Shown piece by piece: positions 1-8,972 of a stretch of 48,463 bases of DNA. Numbering within the stretch: position 1 is the stretch's first letter; the number at the start of each line of letters is the position of its first letter. The notes beneath the pieces were generated by a model. That model saw only the letters and a list, made by a program, of their open reading frames with translations, ran no database searches and was not told where the DNA came from. Position numbers and translations under genes: made by a program. This DNA comes from a virus (Duplodnaviria; Caudoviricetes): positions 1 to 48,463 of the IMG/VR virus record IMGVR_UViG_3300018890_000017. The stretch is one strand, 5' to 3'.

Positions 1-1050
1 TTGAGCCACCCCGACGTCGTCATGCAAGCCCGCCGCGACCCGGCCGCGGCCGAGTTCATCAACCCGTGGGGGATGTTCGTCGGGGCGTTCGTGCCCCGGT
101 GGCTGCTCGCCCGGCCGGAGGTCAGCAGCGGGGCCAAGCTCTGCTACGCCGCCCTGGCGTTCGCCGCCGGCCGCGACGGCGTCTGCTCGCCCGGGCAGGC
201 GGCGCTCGCCGAGGGCCTGGGGTGCAGCGAGCGGACCGTCCGCCGATACCTGGACGAACTCGTCGCCCACCGCCTGATCGACGAGCGGCGGGAGGACTGG
301 GGCCGGCCGCTGGTCTACCGGTTCTTCGCCCACGAGTGGATGAGCGGCTTCCGCCACCCCGAGCTGGTGCCGCCGCTGCCGGCGCCCAGTCCGGACAAGG
401 TTGGCCGGTATGGACCGGACAGAAGTGGCCGGTCTACCAATAAGGAAGAGAAGAAGATTAAGACAGCAGCGCCGCCCGCCGAGCCGGGCCTGTTCGCGGC
501 CGTCCGCCAGCCCGCGGCCCCCGCCGGAGTTGCTGCTGCTGCTCAGGCTGCGCCCGGGGAACAGGACGGCGGGGGAGCGGAGGACCTGCTCGCCGCCGAG
601 GGGATCGACCGGGCCGTCGCCCGGCGCGCGGCCGCCGGCCGGGCCGCGGCCGACGTGCGGGCGGCGATCGCCGGCGCCGACGCGCTGGCCCGGGCCGGCA
701 AGCTCAAGCGTCGCCGCGGGTACATCCTCGCGGCCCTCCGCGACCACTACGACCCCGTCCAACTCAAGCCCGAGCGGCCGCGGGCCGACGCCGCTGCCCT
801 GATCGCCGCCGCCGCCCGGGCCGCCGCCGCCCGGGCCGAGGAGGCGGCGCGCGTCCGGCGGGAGGGCGAGGCCGTCGAGCGGGCCGTGTCCGCCCTGACG
901 CCGGCCGAGTGGCAGCGGCACCTCGACGCGGTCCTCCCCACGCTGAACGACGTCGCCCGCCGGCAGCTCGCCCGCGCCCGGTCGCCGCGCGACGTCCTGC
1001 TCGTGCGGCTGGCCGTGTTCAACCGGCTGGCGACGGCGGCGCCGGCCTGA
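1..1050 (+). CDS. Phage replication initiator-like protein, N-terminal helix-turn-helix (start may be ATG 22 or upstream of the window)
   Basis: N-terminus 'SSGAKLCYAAL..AGRDGVCSPGQAALAEGLGCSERTVRRYLDELVAHRLI' is typical of HTH_36-type phage Rep proteins. It carries internal iteron-like repeats followed by a K/E-rich linker. Confidence 0.75.
   Translation: MSHPDVVMQARRDPAAAEFINPWGMFVGAFVPRWLLARPEVSSGAKLCYAALAFAAGRDGVCSPGQAALAEGLGCSERTVRRYLDELVAHRLIDERREDWGRPLVYRFFAHEWMSGFRHPELVPPLPAPSPDKVGRYGPDRSGRSTNKEEKKIKTAAPPAEPGLFAAVRQPAAPAGVAAAAQAAPGEQDGGGAEDLLAAEGIDRAVARRAAAGRAAADVRAAIAGADALARAGKLKRRRGYILAALRDHYDPVQLKPERPRADAAALIAAAARAAAARAEEAARVRREGEAVERAVSALTPAEWQRHLDAVLPTLNDVARRQLARARSPRDVLLVRLAVFNRLATAAPA
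391..463. promoter_or_regulatory. Putative replication origin: two iteron-like repeats plus an A-rich tract inside the rep gene
   Basis: CCGGACA-N4-TGGCCGGT at 391-409 and 415-433 (24-bp period), then AATAAGGAAGAGAAGAAGATTAAGA. Same layout as the lambda O origin. Confidence 0.55.
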
Positions 1051-1144
1051 CGGCGGGGCGGGCGAACGAACGTGCCCGGGCCGCGCGGTGCGACGCGTCG
1101 GCCGACGGGGCTGGTGATCGGAGTCCACGGAACAGGAGTCAGTC

Positions 1145-3769
1145 ATGTCAACGGCCACCACGGCCCCCCGCGCGTCCGAACGTCGGCACGCGCTCCCCCA
1201 GTTGCCCCCGGACGACGCCGCCCCGGCGGCGCCCGCCCGGCAGAAGTTCGTGAAGCTCGACGACGACGTCGCGGACGTGCTGCGCGGCGCGTCTTGCTCC
1301 GGGGCCAACCTGAAGCTCGGCGGGCAGCTCGATCGCAAGCTGTACCAGCGGACGATGAAGGTCCTCGAGCAACTCGGCGGCGACTGGAACCGCAAGCTCC
1401 AGTGCCACGTGTTCCCCTCAGAGGCGAAGCCGCTCATCGATGCGGCGCTCGGCGACGGGAAGGTCCTCAACCGCCAGCAGAGCTATCAGTTCTTCGAGAC
1501 GCCGCCCGACGTCGCGATGCGGGTGGCGCAGCTTGCCGCGATCGGGCCCGGGATGACGGTGCTCGAACCGTCCGCGGGGCGGGGCGCGATAGCGACAGCC
1601 GTCTTTGCCGCGCAGCCCCTGGCCGACCTGTACATGGTCGAGATCGACCCGACCCACCGGGACGCGCTCGACGGGATCGCCGGCGAGGAGGCCGTGAGGA
1701 TCGGCGACTTCCTCGCGCTGCCGGCCGACGCGTTGGTCCCGGATCCGTCGGGGTTCGACCGGGTCGTGATGAACCCGCCGTTCAGCGGCGGCCAGGACGC
1801 GGACCACGTGCTCCGCGCCTTCTCGCTGCTCAAGCCCGGCGGCCGCCTCGTCGCGATCGTCGGCACCGGGATCCTCAGCCGCACGGACAAGAGGGCGGTC
1901 GCGTTCCAGGACTTCCTCGCGGAACACGCGGCGGCGGCGGAGGACCACGAGCTGCCGGCGGGCACGTTCGCCGACACCGACGTCGCGACGCGCATTGTCG
2001 TGATCGATAAGCCGACGGCGGCCCGTGCGGCGGTCGCCCCGGGAGAGCCGGCGGACGCGCAGGTCCACGCGGACGACGCGGCGACGGAGGCCGCGCCGCC
2101 GCCTCCGGAGACGCCGCCGGCCGATTGGTTCCAGGAGATCCCGCTCGACCGGATCCACGAGTCGAAGACGAACCCGCGCAAGTCGTTCCGCGGGCTCGAG
2201 GAGCTGGCGGCCAGCATCAGCCAGAAGGGCGTGATCCAGCCGGTGCTCGTGCGGCCTACGGGCGAGACCACCGGCGGCCGTGTCGTGTTCAAGCCCACCG
2301 CCGAGACGCTGGCGAACGCGCCGGGCCTCCGCGACTCGATGACGTTCGAGCTCGTCGCGGGCGCGCGCCGGTACCGCGCCAGCCAGCTCGCCGGCGCCGC
2401 GACCATCCCGGCGATGGTGCGGATCCTCGACGACAAGTCGGTCGAGGAGATCCAGACGATCGAGAACGACCAGCGGGAGGACGTGCGGCCGCTCGAGCAG
2501 GCCGAGGGGTACCAGCGCCTGATCGAGCACCACGGGTACGACGTCGCAGCGCTGGCCCTCAAGACGGGTCGGCCGGCCGACTACATCCGCGGCCGGCTGC
2601 AGCTGCTCAAGCTCGTGCCACAGGCGCGGGAGTGGCTTGAGGCCGAGACGATCGGCCTCGGGCACGCCGTGCTGATCGCTCGGCTCGACGCGAAGCAGCA
2701 GGAGCGGCTGCTCAAGGACTACCTGTTCCAAAGCATCGACTACCACGGCGCCCCCCCGCTCAAGCGGCTCCGCGACAAGATCGAGGGGCTGTTCCACCTG
2801 AACCTGAAGTCCGCGCTGTTCCCCAAGGACGACGCGACGCTCGTCGAGAAGGCGGGGTCATGTACCTCGTGCCCGAAGCGCACCGGGAACAGCCGCGAGC
2901 TGTGGGCGGACGTCGCGAAGGACGACACATGCACCGATCCGGCCTGCTACAAGGCCAAGCAACGTGCCTTCGTGCAGGTGCAGGTCAAGAAGGCCGAGGC
3001 GAAGGCGCGGGACGTCATCCGCATTTCGGCCAACAGCTACCACGACAAGAAGGGCGTCCTCGGCCGCCAGTCGTACGAGGTCGTGAGCGCGAAAGAGGCC
3101 AAGAAGGCCAAAGCCGGGACGCTGAAGACGGCCGTCGTCGTTGACGGGTCGGACGGCAGCCCCTACGGCGACGGCCCGAAGCTCGGCGCCGTCGTCCAGA
3201 TCCGCCTGAAGCCAGGTGCGACAGGGTCGCCGGGACCGTCGCGCGAGGACGACTGGAAGAAGCGACAGGAGCGAGAGGAGCGTGACCGCAAGGTTGGGGC
3301 CGCGTGCCGCGTCGCCATTGCGACCGCGGTTGACGCGAAGCTGGCCGCGGCGGGCGGACCGTCGTGCGCCGATCTTGTGCAGATCCTCGAGGAGCAGTGG
3401 TGTAGCCAGAACACGGCGGCCCTGCCGCTTATCGAGCAGGCCTACGGGTGGGAGTCCGCAGGCTGGCGAGAGGTCGAGCCGCGGCTGAAGTCGATGAGCC
3501 GCGACGAGCTCGTGGCGCTGCTCGTCCGCCACCACCTGCTGTCGCTGGGTAGCCAGTACCAATACCCACCTCTGAAGGTGCCGCAGGACCTGCAGCGGTT
3601 CGCCCAGCGGCACGGCGTCGACTTCGGTGCGATCGTCAGGGGGACGAAGGCCAAGCTGAAAGCTGAGGAGAAGGCCACGGCCACCGCGAAGCCGAAGCCC
3701 GCAAATAAGGCCCGTGGCAAGACGGATCCCGACGACGAAGACGGCGCCCCGGAAGGGGGCCGCCGGTGA
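1145..3769 (+). CDS. Amino-DNA methyltransferase fused to a ParB/RepB/Spo0J-family domain
   Basis: MTase motifs FFETP, VLEPSAGRGAI, VEID, NPPF. ParB motifs NPRKSF, LAASISQKGVIQPVLVR, LVAGARRYRA, IENDQREDV. A CxxC..C..C cluster follows. Confidence 0.85.
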   Translation: MSTATTAPRASERRHALPQLPPDDAAPAAPARQKFVKLDDDVADVLRGASCSGANLKLGGQLDRKLYQRTMKVLEQLGGDWNRKLQCHVFPSEAKPLIDAALGDGKVLNRQQSYQFFETPPDVAMRVAQLAAIGPGMTVLEPSAGRGAIATAVFAAQPLADLYMVEIDPTHRDALDGIAGEEAVRIGDFLALPADALVPDPSGFDRVVMNPPFSGGQDADHVLRAFSLLKPGGRLVAIVGTGILSRTDKRAVAFQDFLAEHAAAAEDHELPAGTFADTDVATRIVVIDKPTAARAAVAPGEPADAQVHADDAATEAAPPPPETPPADWFQEIPLDRIHESKTNPRKSFRGLEELAASISQKGVIQPVLVRPTGETTGGRVVFKPTAETLANAPGLRDSMTFELVAGARRYRASQLAGAATIPAMVRILDDKSVEEIQTIENDQREDVRPLEQAEGYQRLIEHHGYDVAALALKTGRPADYIRGRLQLLKLVPQAREWLEAETIGLGHAVLIARLDAKQQERLLKDYLFQSIDYHGAPPLKRLRDKIEGLFHLNLKSALFPKDDATLVEKAGSCTSCPKRTGNSRELWADVAKDDTCTDPACYKAKQRAFVQVQVKKAEAKARDVIRISANSYHDKKGVLGRQSYEVVSAKEAKKAKAGTLKTAVVVDGSDGSPYGDGPKLGAVVQIRLKPGATGSPGPSREDDWKKRQEREERDRKVGAACRVAIATAVDAKLAAAGGPSCADLVQILEEQWCSQNTAALPLIEQAYGWESAGWREVEPRLKSMSRDELVALLVRHHLLSLGSQYQYPPLKVPQDLQRFAQRHGVDFGAIVRGTKAKLKAEEKATATAKPKPANKARGKTDPDDEDGAPEGGRR

Positions 3770-4014
3770 CGACCCGCTCTTGGCCCTACGGAACCCGAAA
3801 GACGGTCCGCATCAAGGACATCGTCCGCGCCCGGACGATCGCCGCCGTCGTGTGCGCCGACGAGGCCGAGCCGTCATCGGCGTACGCCCTCCTGGACCGG
3901 CTCGACCGGCTGAACGTCAGGACGGGCGACCGCCGCACCATCGTCTTCACCCGGGGCGGCCCCACCGGCGGGCACTGGGCGTTCGAGCCGCTCAACCCCG
4001 GAGGTGCCTCGTGA
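3766..4014 (+). CDS. Hypothetical protein
   Basis: GTGA overlaps with both neighbours; GC3-rich codon usage. Confidence 0.6.
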   Translation: MTTRSWPYGTRKTVRIKDIVRARTIAAVVCADEAEPSSAYALLDRLDRLNVRTGDRRTIVFTRGGPTGGHWAFEPLNPGGAS

Positions 4015-4616
4015 TCCCGTGCGTCCCCCACATCACCGAGCACGCGTACCGCCGCGCCGACGAGCGGCTGTGCATGGCCCGCGACCCGTTCACGGCCTGG
4101 GTGGCCGCGACGTTCGCCGACTGGCTCCCGGTCAACGCGCAGTTCCTGACCGCCCGCGGCGTTGTGTGCGGCCAGGCCGGCAACCGGTTCTACGCGACGC
4201 CCTGGACCGTCGGCCGCGGCGTCGCGTTCGCGCTGAGCGCGGACCACGCGATCAAGACGGTGATGGACTTCCGCCAGGAGGCCGTCTCCATCACCCGCGG
4301 CGCCCGGCTGGCCGCGGCCGACCCGCCGCCCGACGACCCGATGCGTGCCGCGGCCGTGCGGGTCGCGCGGGACGGCAACTACCCGGCCGCCGAGATCGTC
4401 CGCCGCGCGATCGGCCTCGGCGGCGTCGGCGGCGACATGGCCGACGTCGCGCTGGCCGACTTCGCGGGCGAACGCATCGACTTCCAGGACCTGGCCGACG
4501 TGCTCCGCCCGGCGCGAAGCACCGCGGCCGGGTCCTCGCCGCCGCCCTGGCCAGGAAGGCCTCGGCGGCCGGCAACCCTCCCCTGTTACGCCGTGTTTGA
4601 AAGGAGCACCCGATGA
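4011..4616 (+). CDS. Hypothetical protein (ITEHAxxRxxERL motif)
   Basis: GGAGG RBS before GTG 4011; translationally coupled at both ends. Confidence 0.6.
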   Translation: MIPCVPHITEHAYRRADERLCMARDPFTAWVAATFADWLPVNAQFLTARGVVCGQAGNRFYATPWTVGRGVAFALSADHAIKTVMDFRQEAVSITRGARLAAADPPPDDPMRAAAVRVARDGNYPAAEIVRRAIGLGGVGGDMADVALADFAGERIDFQDLADVLRPARSTAAGSSPPPWPGRPRRPATLPCYAVFERSTR

Positions 4617-5818
4617 CGCAGGCCGCAACGTTCACGACCGCCCCCCAGGACCCGCCCCCGCCCGCCATTGCCGTACCCGGCGTGGTCGGGCCCACGCCGC
4701 TCGGCGCCGCGCTCGCCGCGGCGGCGGGCCCGAAGCCCGACCCGGCCGTCACAGCGATGGCCAGGCAGATGCGCCAGATCGCCGACCTCGCGGCGGAGAT
4801 CCGGGACCTGGAGGCGACGGCCGCCAAGCGCGAGACGGCCGTCGCCGAAGCCACCGCCGAGCGGAAGAAGGCGATGGACGCGCACAACGCCGTGCTGAAG
4901 GAGATCGACGACGCCAAGACGGACCTGGTGAAACTCTGCAGCGGCGGCCACGTCGAGCGGTTCGAGTTCAACCGCAAGGAGAAGAAGGCGGCCAAGGGCA
5001 AGGCGCCCGACGCCGCGCCCGGCACGTCGGCGTCCGCCCCCTTCGACGACGAGGCCTGGCGGTCCGTCCGGCTGGACTCCCTCGAGCCGGCGATCAAGCC
5101 CGCCAAGCTCAAGGTCCTGGCGGAGCACACGCCGCCGATCGAGACGCTGGGGCAACTGACGGACTGGCAGGCCTCGAAGGGCGACTGGTGGCGCAAGGAC
5201 ATCAAGGGCCTCGGCGACGGCGGCGCCGAGCAGCTCATCGCCGCGACCGACGCGTATTGGGCCGCCAACCCCAGGCCCGCCGCGCGGCCCCAGCGCCAAG
5301 GCGTAAAGGACGCCTCTACGTCGCCGCCGCGCACGTTCGCCGAGGCCGCCCAGCACGGGGCGGGGCGGGAGCTGACGACGTCCGACGTCAACCTGGCCGC
5401 CGGCGACCTGGAGGCGCTGTGCCACGCGCACATCCGCAACGCCCTGCAGGCCGGGACCGTCCCGGAGCTCCGCGGCGTCGTCACCGTGTTCGGCCTGCCG
5501 TACGTGTGCGTGCTGCCGCCGGCCGGCGTCGGCGACGACCGGTACCAGTTGCTCCCGCTCTACGACGCGGCGGCCGCGCCGAAGGACCTTGCGCCGCAGG
5601 GGTCGAACGACATCACCGGCCGCGAGGCGACGCACCAGGGCAAGCGGTACCTGGTCGGGCCGTCGGTCGAGTCGCTGCTCGTCCAGGACGGCGGGGCCCC
5701 GACGCCGGAGCCGGGCGATAAGGAACCGACGCCAGCAGCTGCCAAGCGACGTCGCAAGGCGGCGGGCGGGGGGAAGGCCCACGCGAAGAAGGCGAAGCGG
5801 AAGGGGGCAGGCCGGTGA
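4613..5818 (+). CDS. Coiled-coil protein with an RNAP alpha-CTD-like helix-hairpin-helix domain
   Basis: AAGGAG RBS. Central 'VRLDSLEPAIKPAKLKVLAEHTPPIETLGQL...DIKGLGDGGAEQLI' follows the alpha-CTD/HhH pattern. Confidence 0.6.
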   Translation: MTQAATFTTAPQDPPPPAIAVPGVVGPTPLGAALAAAAGPKPDPAVTAMARQMRQIADLAAEIRDLEATAAKRETAVAEATAERKKAMDAHNAVLKEIDDAKTDLVKLCSGGHVERFEFNRKEKKAAKGKAPDAAPGTSASAPFDDEAWRSVRLDSLEPAIKPAKLKVLAEHTPPIETLGQLTDWQASKGDWWRKDIKGLGDGGAEQLIAATDAYWAANPRPAARPQRQGVKDASTSPPRTFAEAAQHGAGRELTTSDVNLAAGDLEALCHAHIRNALQAGTVPELRGVVTVFGLPYVCVLPPAGVGDDRYQLLPLYDAAAAPKDLAPQGSNDITGREATHQGKRYLVGPSVESLLVQDGGAPTPEPGDKEPTPAAAKRRRKAAGGGKAHAKKAKRKGAGR

Positions 5819-6246
5819 CGGTCGCGTTCCGCGTCGTCGGGATCCCGGTGGGCCAGCCGAGGCCGCGCGCGTGCGTCCGCGGCAGGGGCCCCCGCGCTCG
5901 GGCCGGGATGTACGACCCGGGCACGGCCGACGGGTGGAAGGCGGCGATCGCGGCGGCGGCGGCCAAGCACCGCCCGCGGTCGCCGGCGGGCGGGCCGATC
6001 CGGGTCGACGCCGACTTCGTCTTCCCCCGGCCGCGGTACATGGGCGGGGCGAAGTACCCCGAAGGCGAGGTCCCGCACGACGTGAAGCCGGACCGGGACA
6101 ACTGCGAGAAGGCGCTGCTCGACGCGTTGACCGGCGTCGGGTTCTGGGCCGACGACGCCCAGGTGTGCGCGGGCGAGGTCAGGAAGTTCTACGCGTCGCG
6201 GCGGGGCACGCCGGGCGTGCGGGTGCGCGTCAGCGCGATCGATTGA
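5815..6246 (+). CDS. rusA: RusA-family Holliday junction resolvase
   Basis: P..QPRPR, KPDRDNCEKALLDAL and WADDAQV motifs. Confidence 0.9.
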   Translation: MTVAFRVVGIPVGQPRPRACVRGRGPRARAGMYDPGTADGWKAAIAAAAAKHRPRSPAGGPIRVDADFVFPRPRYMGGAKYPEGEVPHDVKPDRDNCEKALLDALTGVGFWADDAQVCAGEVRKFYASRRGTPGVRVRVSAID

Positions 6247-6279
6247 TTGACCAAGGGGACGGGACGGGAGTGTTTCGAG

Positions 6280-7119
6280 ATGGAGATCGGCAACGGGACG
6301 ACGGCGGTCATGGATGCGGCGGCGCTGCGGGGGCGGCCCACCCCCGCGGTGTGGGCCGAGTACAAGCGGGCTTGCTCCGCCGCGCTGCGGAACGAGTTGC
6401 TCGTGCGGAACCTGCCCCTCGCGCGGTACCAGGCCGAGCGCATCGCCAAGCGCCTGCCGGACGAGGTGCAGCTCGACGACCTTCTGAGCGCCGGCATCTT
6501 CGGCCTGCTCGACGCGATCGACGCGTTCGACGCCGGCCGCGGCGTGAAGTTCGAGACGTACTGCGCGCCGCGGATCCGCGGCGCGATCCTCGACGAGCTG
6601 CGGGCGATGGACTGGGTGCCGCGGCTCGTGCGGTCCAGGACGCAGCTGGTGGACCGGGCGGCGCGGGCGCTGGAGGCCGCGCTCGGCCGGCGGCCGACGG
6701 ACGAGGAGCTCCGCCGGCGGCTCAAGGTGTCGCGCCGGGAGTTCCGCAAGATCGCCGCCGACGCGCGGCCGGCCGCGCTGGCGAGCCTCAGCCGCAAGTG
6801 GTTCGACACCGACAGCGGCCGGGAGGTCCGCGAGGGCGACATGCTCGCCGACCGCCGGGGGACGTCCCCGTCGGACGGCCGCGCGGCGCGGGAGTTCCGC
6901 GACGTGCTGTGCCGGGGCCTGACGCGGGCGGAGCGGCTGATCGTCACGCTCTACTACTACGAGGACATGAACATGAAGTCGATCGGCCGGACGCTCGACC
7001 TGTCGGAGTCGCGCGTCAGCCAGATGCACGCGAGCGTCATCAACCGGCTCCGGGCCCAACACACGGAGGCCGAGCTGCTCGGCCTGCTCGGGCTCGACTG
7101 CCGCCGCCGGGCCGGCTGA
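6280..7119 (+). CDS. FliA/WhiG-family (sigma-28-like) RNA polymerase sigma factor
   Basis: Region 2: DDLLSAGIFGLLDAIDAFD.RGVKFETYCAPRIRGAILDELRAMDWVPR. Region 4: LYYYEDMNMKSIGRTLDLSESRVSQMH. GGGAG RBS before ATG 6280; TTG 6247 is an alternative start. Confidence 0.92.
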   Translation: MEIGNGTTAVMDAAALRGRPTPAVWAEYKRACSAALRNELLVRNLPLARYQAERIAKRLPDEVQLDDLLSAGIFGLLDAIDAFDAGRGVKFETYCAPRIRGAILDELRAMDWVPRLVRSRTQLVDRAARALEAALGRRPTDEELRRRLKVSRREFRKIAADARPAALASLSRKWFDTDSGREVREGDMLADRRGTSPSDGRAAREFRDVLCRGLTRAERLIVTLYYYEDMNMKSIGRTLDLSESRVSQMHASVINRLRAQHTEAELLGLLGLDCRRRAG

Positions 7120-7137
7120 CCACGGAGGGCACCGAAG

Positions 7138-7419
7138 ATGTTGGACGGGCTTCTGACCGAACAGCAGTGGATCCGGATCATCGAGCCGCACTACGTCACG
7201 CACGCGGCGCACGACGCGTTGCTGCACGTCCCGACGCAGTGCGTGCTCGTCAAGCTCTGGGTCGGCGACGGGCTGGTCGCCGGCAACGGCGAGTGGTGGT
7301 TCGAGGTCCGCCACCCGCGCCCGGGCTGGGCGCGGCTGGTGCGGGACGGGCCGGACCTGGTCGCCCGGGTCGAGGCCGCAGTCGCCCAACTGGTCGACGC
7401 CGTGAATCGCGCGCAGTGA
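7138..7419 (+). CDS. Hypothetical protein
   Basis: GGAGG RBS; coding-like codon bias. Confidence 0.6.
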   Translation: MLDGLLTEQQWIRIIEPHYVTHAAHDALLHVPTQCVLVKLWVGDGLVAGNGEWWFEVRHPRPGWARLVRDGPDLVARVEAAVAQLVDAVNRAQ

Positions 7420-7455
7420 CGTAACGGATCGGGGCGCCCTTTTGCACAGGAGGTC

Positions 7456-8163
7456 TTGGTGAGCACGACAGCGATCAAGCGGACGTGGCGGGAGGCGATG
7501 GCGGACGCGATCGCGTTCCGCGACCTGTTCCCGTCGACCTGCTACGAGCGGTGGGAGGTGGCGGGCAGCCTGCGGCGGCGGGTCGCGGAGGTGGGCGACG
7601 TCGAGCACGTCGTCATCCCGAGGGTCGGGCAGCAGCGGGACGGGCTGTTCGGCGAGCCGAAGCCGGTCAACCTCCTCTGGCACCACCTGGACGCCATGCT
7701 GCACGGCGGCGCGGTGTCCAAGCACCTGTACGGGACCGCGGGCACGCGGTGGGGGCCCAAGTACCGGGGCTCGGAGTACCGGGGGCGCTGCCACGAGATC
7801 TGGACGGCCGACGCCGACAACTTCGGCGCCCAGCTCGCCATACGCACCGGTCCGGGCGACTTCTCAAGGCGGCTCGTCACCAGCCTCCAGGGCCACGGGT
7901 ATGTGAACGACGGCGGCTACGTGTGGGACAAGAGCGCCGTCACCTGCCCGTGCGGGTGGTCGGGCACGTTCGTCGGCCTCCTCCGCGTGCGGCCCGGCGA
8001 AGCCCCGGAGGCGCTGTGGACGAACGGCGAAGGCGAGCCGGTCGTGTGCCCGGGGTGCCGCCGCGGGGACCGGCTCGGCATGACGCGCGTCAGCGTGCCG
8101 GGCGAGCAGCAGTACTTCGCGCTCTGCGGCATGCGGTGGATCCCGCCGGAGGCCCGACGATGA
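7456..8163 (+). CDS. Minimal DNA polymerase X / pol-beta-like nucleotidyltransferase
   Basis: EVAGSLRRRVAEVGDVEHV (GS-x-RR...GDxE) and LAIRTGPGDFSRRL thumb motif. C-terminal EQQYFALCGMRWIPPEAR matches the PolX 'E..F..LGL.WIPPE.R' pattern. Confidence 0.82.
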   Translation: MVSTTAIKRTWREAMADAIAFRDLFPSTCYERWEVAGSLRRRVAEVGDVEHVVIPRVGQQRDGLFGEPKPVNLLWHHLDAMLHGGAVSKHLYGTAGTRWGPKYRGSEYRGRCHEIWTADADNFGAQLAIRTGPGDFSRRLVTSLQGHGYVNDGGYVWDKSAVTCPCGWSGTFVGLLRVRPGEAPEALWTNGEGEPVVCPGCRRGDRLGMTRVSVPGEQQYFALCGMRWIPPEARR

Positions 8164-8897
8164 GAACGATCTCGTTATGGCAGCCATGGGCCACCCTGGT
8201 CGCGATCGGCGCCAAGCGGTTCGAGACCCGCTCGTGGCGGTCCGACCACTTCGGGCCCGTCGCGATCCACGCGACCAAGGGGTTCGGCAAGCTCGGCGAC
8301 GGCCGCCCGTTCACGGTGGACGACTGCGCGGCGCTGTGCGCGTCCGAGCCGTTCCGCTCGGCGCTGGCCGCGGCGGGGATAGGCGGCGTCGACGACCTGC
8401 CGTTCGGCAAGGTGCTCGCCGTCGGCATCGTCGCCGCCAGCATCCGGATCCCGCACGCGCCGGCCCGGTTCGCGCCGGTGCCCGGCCGGTCGTGGCAGTG
8501 GGAGCCGGCGGCGGGGCACTACAACCTCTCGCCGGGGCGGGTCGAGCAGGTCCCGCCGCCGGATCCCGAGAGATCCTTCGGCGACTACACGCCCGGGCGG
8601 TTCGCGTGGCTGCTGAGCGACGTCACACGGCTTCGCGAGCCGGTGAAGGCGCAGGGCGGGCGGAAGTTCTGGACGTGGGACGACGCGGAGGCGGCCGACG
8701 CGATCGTCGGCCTCGACGTCGCCCCGCGGATCCGCCAGGCGATCGAGGCTGGGATCGCGGAGGGGACGCCGGCGACGAAGACGGCGAAGCGTGCGACGGC
8801 AACTCCGCCGCGGCCGCCGCCGGGCCAGCCGCGGGCCGGGGCCCAGCTGCGGCTGTTCGCCCCGACGCCGGCGCGGAAGGCGGTGTGGCGTGGCTAA
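8160..8897 (+). CDS. ASCH domain protein
   Basis: MRTISLWQPWATLVAIGAKRFETRSW..GPVAIHATK and FGDYTPGRFAWLL. ATGA overlap with the PolX-like gene. Confidence 0.88.
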   Translation: MRTISLWQPWATLVAIGAKRFETRSWRSDHFGPVAIHATKGFGKLGDGRPFTVDDCAALCASEPFRSALAAAGIGGVDDLPFGKVLAVGIVAASIRIPHAPARFAPVPGRSWQWEPAAGHYNLSPGRVEQVPPPDPERSFGDYTPGRFAWLLSDVTRLREPVKAQGGRKFWTWDDAEAADAIVGLDVAPRIRQAIEAGIAEGTPATKTAKRATATPPRPPPGQPRAGAQLRLFAPTPARKAVWRG

Positions 8898-8972
8898 GGC
8901 ATGGCCCCGGCTGTCACACACGCGAACAGACCGACATCCGACATGCGACAAGCAGCTCTGGGAGATCTGGCT

